Part shown: positions 1-8,101 of the stretch, one piece after another | How positions within the stretch are numbered: the stretch's first letter is position 1 | How the letters are laid out: every line of letters starts with the position of its first letter | Source: Salmonella phage ST64T | Sequence record: NC_004348.1 | Strand: one strand, 5' to 3' | Length of the DNA: 32,000 nt | Made by a program: the position numbers and the translations under genes | The notes under the pieces: generated by a model | Databases searched by the model: none | The model's input: the letters and a program-made list of their open reading frames with translations, nothing else | What the model was told of the DNA's origin: nothing

Positions 1-48
1 AATCATTTCCGATGGAAGGATGCCGGGGTCGTAGGACAAACCTCTCAT
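1..48 (-). CDS. partial CDS (N-terminus MRGLSYDPGILPSEMI...), phage early left-operon protein
   Basis: ATG at 46-48 on the minus strand, open to the window edge, with a purine-rich GAGGAAT stretch upstream and tight spacing to the next gene (stop near 59). Confidence 0.5.
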   Translation of the reverse strand, partial: MRGLSYDPGILPSEMI

Positions 49-58
49 GATGAATTCC

Positions 59-352
59 TCAGTTATTGCTGATAGCGCCGTAACGCGAACGGTAATTTTT
101 AAGGCGCGGGTCTATTTCAATGAATTGGGTGTATGTGGCTTTGCGGAATGGCCGGATGGATGTCTGGTAAATTCGCTCGCGTTCTTCTTTCTCTGCAAGC
201 CATATACAGTGGCGAAATTCCTTTTCCTCTTTCGTTTCCTGCGGTAGCGACATTATCAGGTCGTAGTTCTTTCTGAATTTTTCCAGCACCTCCGATACGG
301 AATTGCCGGAACAGCGGCGCGGGTCATCCGCACCATATAGAGGCGCTGGCAT
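59..352 (-). CDS. hypothetical phage early protein (97 aa)
   Basis: ORF track; collinear with the other leftward early genes. Confidence 0.65.
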   Translation of the reverse strand: MPAPLYGADDPRRCSGNSVSEVLEKFRKNYDLIMSLPQETKEEKEFRHCIWLAEKEERERIYQTSIRPFRKATYTQFIEIDPRLKNYRSRYGAISNN

Positions 353-398
353 AATTTACTCCAGGGTAGGTTATCCGAATAATGTGGTACGTATAGGG

Positions 399-683
399 TT
401 ATTTCTTTCGTAAACGTGATAGCCTGCTTTTTACCGACTCTTCACTTCGCCCGAGAATTTTTGCTACATTTCTTTGTGTATAGCCTGATGAGATAAGCGC
501 CTGCATCTTTTTGTCTTCGTCGTCGCTCCATCTTGGCTTAACGAATGCCGTTTTTAATGACAGTTTTTTTGCTATGTAATAAAACTGATTTATGTTTAGG
601 CCCAGATGTTCTGCTGCACGGCAAGCTACCATGCGACCGCAAACTGACTCCATCTCAGCTGGAGTTATGTTTAATCTTCTCAT
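399..683 (-). CDS. small HTH/SANT-like phage protein (94 aa)
   Basis: ORF track; '[44 protein letters not shown]' resembles a Myb/HTH-type DNA-binding segment; abuts the recombinase gene. Confidence 0.7.
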   Translation of the reverse strand: MRRLNITPAEMESVCGRMVACRAAEHLGLNINQFYYIAKKLSLKTAFVKPRWSDDEDKKMQALISSGYTQRNVAKILGRSEESVKSRLSRLRKK

Positions 684-1390
684 TAAGCCACCTGTTTAAG
701 CTCATTTATTCTGATATTCATTACCTGAACGCATCTTGTCTGCGCATCATCGTGACCAGCCAATAATTGCCAGTCATGCTGGTATCTCTCAATTAGTTTT
801 TTCTTGTCCGTTTCTGTTGCTGCATAATCGCTGAAGTCTTTCAGGATTTGTTCGCAGTCAACCGATGGAGATTTCTGGTTGGTATTTTCTGGTGATGGTT
901 GATTGCATGATGCTGGCATGGCCCAGTCCGGCAGCGATGGAGGGAGCCAGTAAAATCCTGTTCCATCCTTCAGTTTGGCCCTGTGCCATCCTTGTTTCTT
1001 ATCACTGGATATCTGCGCAAAACCTTCCTCAAGGTTATACAGATACCGACCAATTCCCCACTGAACGGCAGCACGCTTCATTGCGCCGGAGCGACCACCT
1101 TTGACGGCTTCTACCTGTGTGTTTTCAGCAGCATCCCATTTAGTTACCCATTCGGAATCAATCTTGATTGATATGCCGCATTCAACGCCACCGTTGTTGG
1201 GAATATCGCGGTATTCATTGCGCCATCCTTCTTTGCCGCAAACATCGTCCAGGCGTTTCATGATTGCCCTGTTCGTGACATAAGCCAGCACCATAGCCCA
1301 CACTTTGCCATCGCGTGTTTTACCGCTTTGCTGTATTCGCCATTCGATATCTTCAGGATTGAATGGGGCGTCGAATTTATTCAAATCCAT
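683..1390 (-). CDS. Rad52/Rad22-family single-strand annealing protein (235 aa)
   Basis: N-terminal '[31 protein letters not shown]...[24 protein letters not shown]' is typical of phage Rad52/22-family proteins; it sits in the erf/bet recombination position of the left operon. Confidence 0.85.
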   Translation of the reverse strand: MDLNKFDAPFNPEDIEWRIQQSGKTRDGKVWAMVLAYVTNRAIMKRLDDVCGKEGWRNEYRDIPNNGGVECGISIKIDSEWVTKWDAAENTQVEAVKGGRSGAMKRAAVQWGIGRYLYNLEEGFAQISSDKKQGWHRAKLKDGTGFYWLPPSLPDWAMPASCNQPSPENTNQKSPSVDCEQILKDFSDYAATETDKKKLIERYQHDWQLLAGHDDAQTRCVQVMNIRINELKQVA

Positions 1391-1398
1391 AATTCACC

Positions 1399-1587
1399 TC
1401 AGAATGGTAATTCGGAAGGATTAGCCAGAAATTCACCTTTGTTTATTCTCTCGTTTTTGGCTAATGAAAGGCAATTTCGTTTCATCGATTTATTACCTGA
1501 CTTGCGCCAGTACATTGCCTCTGTCAGGTGATACTGACGTTTTAACCTGCTCAACTCCGGTGTCCTTGCTAAATCTACTGGTATCAT
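1399..1587 (-). CDS. small phage protein (62 aa, MIPVDLARTPELSRLKRQ...)
   Basis: ORF track; its ATG at 1585-1587 overlaps the kil stop (ATGA arrangement). Confidence 0.65.
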   Translation of the reverse strand: MIPVDLARTPELSRLKRQYHLTEAMYWRKSGNKSMKRNCLSLAKNERINKGEFLANPSELPF

Positions 1588-1697
1588 TTCAACCTCCATT
1601 CGCGAAAGGCTTCTACAGCTTCGCGATACATTATTTTGTCACCAAGATAAACAGCAATTGCGAATTTAGACTGAATAGCCATAAGTGATTTATCCAT
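1584..1697 (-). CDS. kil: Kil protein (37 aa, MDKSLMAIQSKFAIAVYLGDKIMYREAVEAFREWRLK)
   Basis: Hand-translated; matches the lambda Kil pattern (MD..LMAIQ.KF.IA...GD..M.REAV.A...W). Missing from the ORF track because it is short. Confidence 0.85.
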   Translation of the reverse strand: MDKSLMAIQSKFAIAVYLGDKIMYREAVEAFREWRLK

Positions 1698-1857
1698 TAC
1701 ACGGCACTCCTGGTTGATTCAGGATATCGACCAGACGTTTCCATCCGGCCCGTAATTTTCTGGTGATACGCTCTAAAAGTGATTCATTAAGGTGTGCGAT
1801 ACCCATGACGGCACCGCCCGCGATAGCAAATGTCATCGTGGGATTCTCCATTTTCAT
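1690..1857 (-). CDS. cIII: CIII protein (55 aa)
   Basis: Hand-translated MKMENPTMTFAIAGGAVMGIAHLNESLLERITRKLRAGWKRLVDILNQPGVPCNG; contains the CIII signature SESLLERITRKLR.GWKRL.DILNQPGVP. Missing from the ORF track. Confidence 0.93.
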   Translation of the reverse strand: MKMENPTMTFAIAGGAVMGIAHLNESLLERITRKLRAGWKRLVDILNQPGVPCNG

Positions 1858-1920
1858 TTATTGGCATAGCTAAAACGCCTCGATATGAAGCGCTGTGGAT
1901 ATGCGATAAAACAGCCGCAC

Positions 1921-2235
1921 TCAGGCGGCGGCTGTTGTTTCTTCTTTCAGGCTTTCGATATATTCACGCGGGTCGTCGTAACACTGGCATTCGCTATACC
2001 AATCCACCCAGCGATCCGTAAGCTCCATTTCTTCCAAATCCTGGTCAGTAAGGCTCTCATCCCACATCTCAAGGCCGTTAGCGTTGCAGTAATCAGGTTT
2101 GATGTTGTTGTCATACTGAAATGCGTCATAATCAGCCAGTGCATCCATCACTCGCACACCCTCTTCAACACTTGCTACTTCTACAATGAATGGCTTCATA
2201 GGAACTTGCGGGATATGCCAGACACGTAATTTCAT
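1921..2235 (-). CDS. 17: P22 gp17-like protein (overcomes superinfection exclusion)
   Basis: 104 aa 'MKLRVWHIPQVPMKPFIVEVASVEEGVRVMDALADYDAFQYDNNIKPDYCNANGLEMW' recognised as the gp17 family. Confidence 0.7.
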   Translation of the reverse strand: MKLRVWHIPQVPMKPFIVEVASVEEGVRVMDALADYDAFQYDNNIKPDYCNANGLEMWDESLTDQDLEEMELTDRWVDWYSECQCYDDPREYIESLKEETTAAA

Positions 2236-2247
2236 ATTTCCTCCAGG

Positions 2248-2277
2248 TAAAAAGAATGCCGCCCATATAGAGCGGCA
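2248..2277 (-). terminator. intrinsic terminator-like hairpin (leftward)
   Basis: Minus strand TGCCGC-N9-GCGGCA followed by ATTCTTTTT. Confidence 0.6.
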
Positions 2278-2406
2278 AATAACATCAAGGGATGATTTTT
2301 CGATTAACCAGAACGAGTCGTCGTCCTCGCTTGGTTACGAGCGATATTGCTCACATAGCAGACTCGTAAATCTGCTATAGGTGCTTATTCGCTGCCAAAA
2401 ATACGC

Positions 2407-2961
2407 TTACCCAGTTACTTCATCTGCATATTCTTTACTTGTTAACCAATCCGGGCGTTCACCTTTACCAATATAGAAATCGATAATGTCCAGAAGACGT
2501 GGATAAAATTTAAGAGCTTTACGACCATCCATCTCAGCAATTTCCTGCTTACTATATTTTCTCCATTCCTCAACTGTGTGGTTCTGGCATCCTGCTCGTA
2601 CATATTCACCGTTCGTTATACTTATGAAGTATTTCTCACCCAGAATTACGAAAGTGAGATCAGGCAGGTCGGCATCGCACAGGTTGGCACCGCGCAGGTC
2701 GGCACCGCGCAGGTCGGCACCGCGCAGGTTGGTACCGCACAGGTCGGCACCGCGCAGGTTGGTACCGCACAGGTCGGCACCGCGCAGGTCGGCACCGCGC
2801 AGGTCGGCACCGCGCAGGTCGGCACCGCGCAGGTCGGCACCGCGCAGGTCGGCACCGCGCAGGTTGGTACCGCACAGGTCGGCTCTAGATCCGCTCTCAC
2901 GCATTGAGGTAATCCACACTTTGTGTTCTTCAAGAATCTTCGATAAATCTGCTGAATTCAT
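2407..2961 (-). CDS. pentapeptide-repeat protein
   Basis: Start reassigned to MNSADLSKILEEHK (ATG complement at 2959-2961). Contains more than 14 tandem A(D/N)LxG/TNLRG pentapeptides, then a non-repeat C-terminal domain. Confidence 0.85.
   Translation of the reverse strand: MNSADLSKILEEHKVWITSMRESGSRADLCGTNLRGADLRGADLRGADLRGADLRGADLRGADLCGTNLRGADLCGTNLRGADLRGADLRGANLCDADLPDLTFVILGEKYFISITNGEYVRAGCQNHTVEEWRKYSKQEIAEMDGRKALKFYPRLLDIIDFYIGKGERPDWLTSKEYADEVTG
2665..2889. repeat. 15-bp tandem coding repeat, about 15 units
   Basis: Unit CAGGTCGGCACCGCG, with the variant CAGGTTGGTACCGCA (KpnI-containing) at 2725, 2755 and 2860. Confidence 0.97.
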
Positions 2962-2984
2962 GTTGTTATTCCTTAAATTTTGGC

Positions 2985-3009
2985 AATAAAAAAGGCCGCA
3001 TTGCGACCT
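2985..3009 (-). terminator. intrinsic terminator (leftward) between N-proximal genes and the pentapeptide gene
   Basis: Minus strand AGGTCGC-AAT-GCGGCCT followed by TTTTTTATT. Confidence 0.75.
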
Positions 3010-3044
3010 GATTAGATATTTGAAGTGAGATAAAAGAAGACCAA

Positions 3045-3239
3045 CTATGTAGCCTTTAGTTTTTCCAGCTCTCTGGCAATCATTGCCGTGGTTCTGATTG
3101 CCCATTTATCGACAATCTTTCCATCTTCTCTCACCAGAGCCATTTCCTCAGGCTTCACCATGCATTCAGCATCAAGCTTGCAGCCTTTGCATTTCACAAA
3201 GCGACTACACCATTGGTTGGTATCAATAGTCGTAGTCAT
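3045..3239 (-). CDS. small Cys-containing phage protein (64 aa)
   Basis: ORF track; 'CSRFVKCKGCKLDAECMVK' has Cys pairs; collinear in the left operon. Confidence 0.6.
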   Translation of the reverse strand: MTTTIDTNQWCSRFVKCKGCKLDAECMVKPEEMALVREDGKIVDKWAIRTTAMIARELEKLKAT

Positions 3240-3317
3240 ATTGGTAGTCCTGGTATTGTTCCATCACATCCTGAGGATGCTCTTCGAACTCTTCAAATTC
3301 GTCTTCCATATCTCATC

Positions 3318-3656
3318 TCAATCGTAATAAGCCGGAATTGATTTTCCGCGCTGCTTCTGTACGGCGTGTATTTTATTTCCGAGCGGGTTAACGTCCCGGT
3401 AGTAAATGCGGTTCTTCTTAACCGCTGTTACTTCAACTTTCTTCTGACGCGTTCCGGCAAGCGAAATGGCTTTGGTAACGCGGTCAATTCTTTTGGCTTT
3501 GACCTCATGAGAAGCATCAGGAACATCGCAGCCAAAAATTGAATCGATGATATTGCAGATGGTGTCTCGCTCTATGGCTAGCTTTCTGCGCCGCTCATGA
3601 CGGCGAGTTTTAGCATTGCCTGCAAACGTTGACTTCCCGTAGGTGATAACCGTCAT
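3318..3656 (-). CDS. 24: N-type transcription antiterminator (P22 gene 24-like)
   Basis: Contains the P22 N arginine-rich peptide NAKTRRHERRRKLAIERDTI. P22-type boxB hairpins occur at 4001 and 5236. Confidence 0.93.
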   Translation of the reverse strand: MTVITYGKSTFAGNAKTRRHERRRKLAIERDTICNIIDSIFGCDVPDASHEVKAKRIDRVTKAISLAGTRQKKVEVTAVKKNRIYYRDVNPLGNKIHAVQKQRGKSIPAYYD

Positions 3657-3676
3657 GATTTATCCCTAAAGATATT

Positions 3677-3859
3677 TTATTGATTGAAGTTAAAAGAAAG
3701 ACGACGTACCAGGAGTGGTGCCCGGTAAAATGGTTTATCTAAAAACGAATATTTGTGAAACCAAACACGACCTCGCTCGTCTCCATTTCTGTTGCCTTCA
3801 GGGCGACGCTTTAAGGTGAAATGAATAATTGTTTTTGTAGTGGTTTTTGGCTTACGCAT
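3677..3859 (-). CDS. small basic ORF in the pL leader between nutL and N (60 aa)
   Basis: ORF track; good Shine-Dalgarno (GAGGGTAAACAG-ATG) on the minus strand. Confidence 0.5.
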   Translation of the reverse strand: MRKPKTTTKTIIHFTLKRRPEGNRNGDERGRVWFHKYSFLDKPFYRAPLLVRRLSFNFNQ

Positions 3860-4000
3860 CTGTTTACCCTCATGTGAAATGGCTTTGGTGTTACAGATAG
3901 CCAGGCGACTAACCCTGACAGCGTACTCATTGCCGAGCGCCTCCGCCGAAGAGGTTGGCTTCTACCTGCAACCCAAACCCATCTCGTTTGGTATTTGTTC

Positions 4001-4035
4001 GCGCTTTGTCAGCGCATCATCGAAGTTAAAGAGCG
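4001..4035 (-). promoter_or_regulatory. nutL: nutL (boxA CGCTCTTTAA at 4026-4035; boxB GCGCTGACAAAGCGC at 4001-4015)
   Basis: Read directly on the minus strand; the boxB sequence is the one known for P22 nutL. Confidence 0.95.
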
Positions 4036-4078
4036 TTGCCTTTCCGTTTGGCTACCAGCGTCCTGCTGATGGCTAAAC

Positions 4079-4118
4079 AATACAAAATGTACTTAATATC
4101 GTCAATACAAAATGTACT
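4079..4118. promoter_or_regulatory. OL operators: two copies of AATACAAAATGTACT (4079-4093 and 4104-4118)
   Basis: A 19-bp direct repeat CAATACAAAATGTACTTAA with 25-bp period, each containing a TACA-AAA-TGTA dyad, upstream of nutL. Confidence 0.75.
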
Positions 4119-4213
4119 TAAAATTGATAAATAAATACTATGTGTATGAAACTGAATGGAAAAAATATTTTGGTATTAAAAAACCCGCATAGGCGGGCTA
4201 GGGGAGGGAATTG

Positions 4214-4876
4214 TTAGAGGCCTTGCCATTTTGCTTCAATGACAACACCGATAATGCGGCAATTTCCGTTTATGGGGATCATGTGATAGCTGGGGTTTAA
4301 CGGTTTAAGATATTTCTGTCCAGCGTCAACAATATATTTCTTGAAGGTTGCCTCATTTTCAGACTCAAGCTTTGCCACCACGAGTCTTCCATTAGTCGGT
4401 TCGATAGCCGGATCAACAAGAATTTGCATTCCTTCCGGTATGCTTAATCCTGTAGGAGATGTCATAGAGTCGCCACGAACGGTTAGCCAGAATGACCTTT
4501 CGCTTGCATGTGCAGTTGTCTCAGGCCACACCTCTATTTCTCGGAGTTGGTAAGGTTCAACAGCCTCACACCAGTTACCTGCGCTCACCCAGCTAATCAG
4601 GGGAAATCTCCTTATTTCTGTGTGTGGACGAGGACTTGAAACATTGCTCAGGCTGGAGTCTGGATAATCAACCATCCCATCAGAGCTTAATACAAGCTCC
4701 TTCAATCCTAGCTGTTTCATGATCGCTGCAATATCTTCAATACTTGGTTCGCGGCGGCCATTAAGCCAATGACCTATCGCCCCCTGAGTCTTACCGAGGG
4801 CTTCAGCAAGTTTATCCTGGGTTAGGCCTATTTGTTTCATTCTGGCTTTCGCCAGCTCATTCCACGGTGTTTTCAT
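4214..4876 (-). CDS. cI: lambdoid prophage repressor (CI/C2-like; HTH plus S24 peptidase)
   Basis: N-terminal HTH 'LTQDKLAEALGKTQGAIGHWLNGRREPS', C-terminal 'GDSMTSPTGLSIPEGMQILVDP...VVAKL...ATFKKYI'. Start reassigned to MKTPWNEL. Confidence 0.93.
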   Translation of the reverse strand: MKTPWNELAKARMKQIGLTQDKLAEALGKTQGAIGHWLNGRREPSIEDIAAIMKQLGLKELVLSSDGMVDYPDSSLSNVSSPRPHTEIRRFPLISWVSAGNWCEAVEPYQLREIEVWPETTAHASERSFWLTVRGDSMTSPTGLSIPEGMQILVDPAIEPTNGRLVVAKLESENEATFKKYIVDAGQKYLKPLNPSYHMIPINGNCRIIGVVIEAKWQGL

Positions 4877-4885
4877 GCGCAGATT

Positions 4886-4962
4886 ATTACGAGATGTATT
4901 GACTGTGACAACACACATATTGTATTAATTACCTTGCTTTTATTTAGTACGAAATGTATTAT
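4886..4962 (+). promoter_or_regulatory. OR/pR region: candidate operators 4886-4900, 4912-4926, 4946-4960; pR -35 TTGCTT 4934-4939, -10 TATTAT 4957-4962
   Basis: ATTACGAGATGTATT and AGTACGAAATGTATT match the OL-derived consensus AGTAC-N5-GTATT; 17-bp promoter spacing with an extended TG. Confidence 0.65.
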
Positions 4963-4994
4963 TGAGTTACGTACCATCCTGAGGAGATATACCG

Positions 4995-5210
4995 ATGAGC
5001 AATCTTCGGAAAATCCGGGAAACCATGAAGGTATCCCAGGCCGTTCTGGCCGAAAAGGTTGGGTGTACTCAGGGAGCAATTGGTCATTACGAATCAGGGC
5101 GACGCCATCCGGATTTGAGAATGTGCCGCCAGCTCGTAGAGGCGCTCAACAGTTTTGGCGCGAATGTTCAGCTAGACGATGTGTTCCCACCTGAACTTAA
5201 TGCTGCCTAA
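4995..5210 (+). CDS. cro: Cro-like repressor
   Basis: 71 aa HTH protein divergent from cI, 'VSQAVLAEKVGCTQGAIGHYESGRRHPD'. Confidence 0.88.
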   Translation: MSNLRKIRETMKVSQAVLAEKVGCTQGAIGHYESGRRHPDLRMCRQLVEALNSFGANVQLDDVFPPELNAA

Positions 5211-5217
5211 GTAGTAC

Positions 5218-5252
5218 CGCTCTTTACCAATCTGAACCGCCGACAACGCGGT
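5218..5252 (+). promoter_or_regulatory. nutR: nutR (boxA CGCTCTTTA 5218-5226; boxB ACCGCCGACAACGCGGT 5236-5252)
   Basis: Read directly; P22-type boxB immediately after cro. Confidence 0.93.
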
Positions 5253-5320
5253 AAATCTATCCAACGGATTTGCGTGTATTTGCGAATCCAACTCTATCTA
5301 ATTTCTAAGGAATATTTTGA

Positions 5321-5602
5321 ATGAACGTAGTTGCAACTAAAAGCAAGAAGGCGGCTCGCATTGAGTCCACTTTACTCAACAAGTTAGCCATGATGGGCCA
5401 GAAGACATTCGCTAAAGCTATGGGTGTTCCTGAATACCAGGTAAGCCGATGGAAGAACGGTTTCTTCTCTCAGGTCAGCATGATGCTTGCGGTTCTGGAG
5501 TATGGAATCGAAGACGAGGAAATGGCAGAGCTCACCAGGCGACTTGCTACCTACCTGACAAAAGAAAAAGCCCCGAAGAACGGCGAATTCTTCGAGGCCT
5601 GA
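5321..5602 (+). CDS. cII: CII transcriptional activator
   Basis: 93 aa; position between cro and the replication genes; '[38 protein letters not shown]'. Confidence 0.88.
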
Positions 5603-5636
5603 TGTAGAAAGACTGGATCAATCCACAGGAGTAATT

Positions 5637-5783
5637 ATGCCAAAACAACTCAGTCCTGACCAGGACAAATTACACAAAAACATACTACGTGATCGGTTCT
5701 TATCCAGCTTCAAACAGCCTGGTCGATTTCGGGCTGAGTTGGAGAAAGTGAAGCTAATACTGAAGAGGAAAGGTCATGAGTAA
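5637..5783 (+). CDS. P22 ORF48-like small protein (48 aa)
   Basis: Hand-translated [48 protein letters not shown]; overlaps the next gene's start. Confidence 0.8.
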
Positions 5784-6675
5784 CATATCCAATCTAGCCG
5801 AAGCCAGAGAGGCCAGAAGGATCCAGAAGCCGCGTACAAATGGCGGCAAGGGGTTTGCCTTGATTCACCGCCAATTCATGGATAGCAAGCTATACAAGGA
5901 TTCTCAGGCTGTACATCTTTTCCTGCATCTGATACTGAAAGCCAATCACTCTCCGGCAGTCGTAAATACCGACATTGGTGAGATGTTGGTTGAGCGAGGA
6001 CAGCTAATTACCGGACGGCCAAAACTGGTAAGTGAAACATTCATCCCGGATAACAAAGTGAAAAGTTTGCTTCGTTCTTTTGAAGGGAATGGAATGATTT
6101 GTATCGAGTCGAAAGGGAGAAAATTCAGCCTGATAACAGTGTTGAAATATGATGATTTTCAGGCTCCAAATTGTCCAACGGATGTCCAACGGATGTCCAA
6201 CGCAAACACCAGTAATGACGCGGCTCACAGCAAATGTTGTCCAACGGATGTCCAACGATTGTCCATAAACAATAATATAAATAATATCTCTAATACTAAC
6301 GTATTAGAGAGTACCGCAGCAGACGAAAATCCTGACAAGAAAAAATCGGCTCTCAGTTGTCAGGATGTTGTCGATGCTTACCACGAATTACTTCCTGAAG
6401 CTTCCAGGGTTCGCGCACTGAATGACAAACGTAAAAACCAGATCCGAACTTTCTGGCGAAAAGCCGGAGTGATAACACGCCAACTTGACGGGCATGGGTT
6501 CACGATGCAGGACTGGAGAAATTATCTGAGCTACGTAGGCGAAAATTGCCGATGGATGTTCGAAGAGCGCCAAAACCATCAACGCGGAACCGTCTGGCAC
6601 AAAAAGGGATTTGATTTCCTGCTTAACGATAATACCTACCTGAAAGTTCGTGAGGGTGAACACGATGACCGATAA
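5776..6675 (+). CDS. 18: replication initiation protein (P22 gp18 / lambda O functional analogue)
   Basis: 299 aa replication-module protein with embedded iterons and an adjacent DnaB-like helicase gene. Confidence 0.88.
6172..6310 (+). promoter_or_regulatory. candidate replication origin: six TGTCCAACG-type iterons, AT-rich stretch and 10-bp palindrome
   Basis: Iterons begin at 6172, 6183, 6194, 6238, 6249 and 6260 (the last is partial, TGTCCATA). AT-rich DNA and TCTCTAATAC-TAAC-GTATTAGAGA (6287-6310) follow. Confidence 0.8.
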
Positions 6676-8101
6676 TTTTTACGCGCCGCCACATAGCATC
6701 GAGGCGGAGCAGGCGGTGATTGGTGGATTGCTTCTGGATGATGACAGCAGTGAGCGCGTCCAGAAAGTTCTGGCGATGCTGAAGCCTGATTCATTTTACA
6801 GCCGACCACACAAAATCCTTTTCGAAGAAATAACCAGAATGCACCGGGAGCAAAAGCCAGTAGATGGCCTGACGCTTTTCGATGAACTGGAGCGTAAATC
6901 GTTAACGGTGTCAGTTGGCGGTTTTGCTTATATCGCTGATATCGCAAAGAACACGCCAAGCGCAGCAAACATCGTTGCCTATGCAATGCAGGTTCGCGAA
7001 ACCGCAATGGAACGCTACGCCATCAACCGCATGACTGAAGCGACGGAATTGCTCTATTCCCGCAACGGAATGACTGCAACGCAGAAGTACGAAGCTATTC
7101 AGGCGATTTTCACGCAACTGACAGACCATGCAAAAACCGGATCACGTCGCGGCCTTCGCTCATTTGGTGAGGTCATGGAGGACTGGGTTGGTGACCTTGA
7201 TAAGCGATTTGACCCGTCAGGCGAACAACGAGGAATGAGCACAGGGATCCCATCGTTGGACAGGATGCTGTCACCTAAAGGTCTGGTAAAAGGCTCTCTG
7301 TTCGTCATTGGCGCTCGCCCTAAGATGGGGAAAACGACGCTATACAGCCAGATGGCAATCAACTGCGCAGTGCATGAGAAAAAACCTGCCCTGATGTTCA
7401 GCCTTGAAATGCCAGGCGACCAGATACTGGAAAAACTGGTAGGGCAAAAGTCAGGTGTTAACCCGAATATTTTTTACCTTCCGGCGACAAATGACGCTGA
7501 TGACGGCTATCAGGGTGATTACGATGGTGACTTCAACAGGGCGATCGAAACAGCCAATCGCTTGAGTGAAATTGACATGCTTTACATCGACGACACGCCG
7601 GGATTATCTCTGGCTCAAATCGTCAGCGAAAGCCGTCGAATCAAGCGAGAAAAAGGATGTATTGGCATGATTCTGGTCGATTACCTGACACTAATGACCG
7701 CTGAAAAGGCCGATCGCAACGACCTTGCCTACGGCATGATCACCAAAGGACTGAAGAACCTTGCCAAAGAGCTTGATTGCGTTGTTGTGCTTCTGACGCA
7801 GCTTAACCGCGCACTGGAAAACCGAACCAATAAACGCCCATTACCAAGTGACTCACGAGATACAGGGCAGATTGAACAGGATTGCGATTATTGGGTTGGG
7901 ATCCATCGTGAAGGTGCTTTTGATGACAGTGTTCCACCTGGTGAAACCGAACTAATCCTTCGTCTCAATCGTCATGGCAATACCGGCACGGTGTATTGCA
8001 TTCAGGCAAATGGCGCTATTTATGACACAGACCAACAGTCTGCTGAAATGCGCCGCCGTGAACGCGAGGAACCGCAGTCCAAGAAGAAAGGAGGATTCTG
8101 A
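6665..8101 (+). CDS. 12: replicative DnaB-like helicase (P22 gp12)
   Basis: Walker A 'GARPKMGKTTL', DnaB core motifs; start reassigned to [16 protein letters not shown]. Confidence 0.95.
   Translation: MTDNFYAPPHSIEAEQAVIGGLLLDDDSSERVQKVLAMLKPDSFYSRPHKILFEEITRMHREQKPVDGLTLFDELERKSLTVSVGGFAYIADIAKNTPSAANIVAYAMQVRETAMERYAINRMTEATELLYSRNGMTATQKYEAIQAIFTQLTDHAKTGSRRGLRSFGEVMEDWVGDLDKRFDPSGEQRGMSTGIPSLDRMLSPKGLVKGSLFVIGARPKMGKTTLYSQMAINCAVHEKKPALMFSLEMPGDQILEKLVGQKSGVNPNIFYLPATNDADDGYQGDYDGDFNRAIETANRLSEIDMLYIDDTPGLSLAQIVSESRRIKREKGCIGMILVDYLTLMTAEKADRNDLAYGMITKGLKNLAKELDCVVVLLTQLNRALENRTNKRPLPSDSRDTGQIEQDCDYWVGIHREGAFDDSVPPGETELILRLNRHGNTGTVYCIQANGAIYDTDQQSAEMRRREREEPQSKKKGGF

Noticed and set aside
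47-247. Plus-strand 66-aa ORF at the left edge
   Set aside because: It overlaps the collinear minus-strand early gene 59-352 and has no operon context on the plus strand.
2665-2889. Possible CRISPR array
   Set aside because: The unit is 15 bp, directly tandem with no spacers, and encodes pentapeptides.
2576-2989. Long antisense/alternate-frame ORFs across the pentapeptide repeat (2576-2989 +, 2578-2907 +, 2646-2933 -, 2660-2875 -)
   Set aside because: A 15-bp repeat length divisible by 3 keeps all frames open, so these are repeat artefacts with no initiation context.
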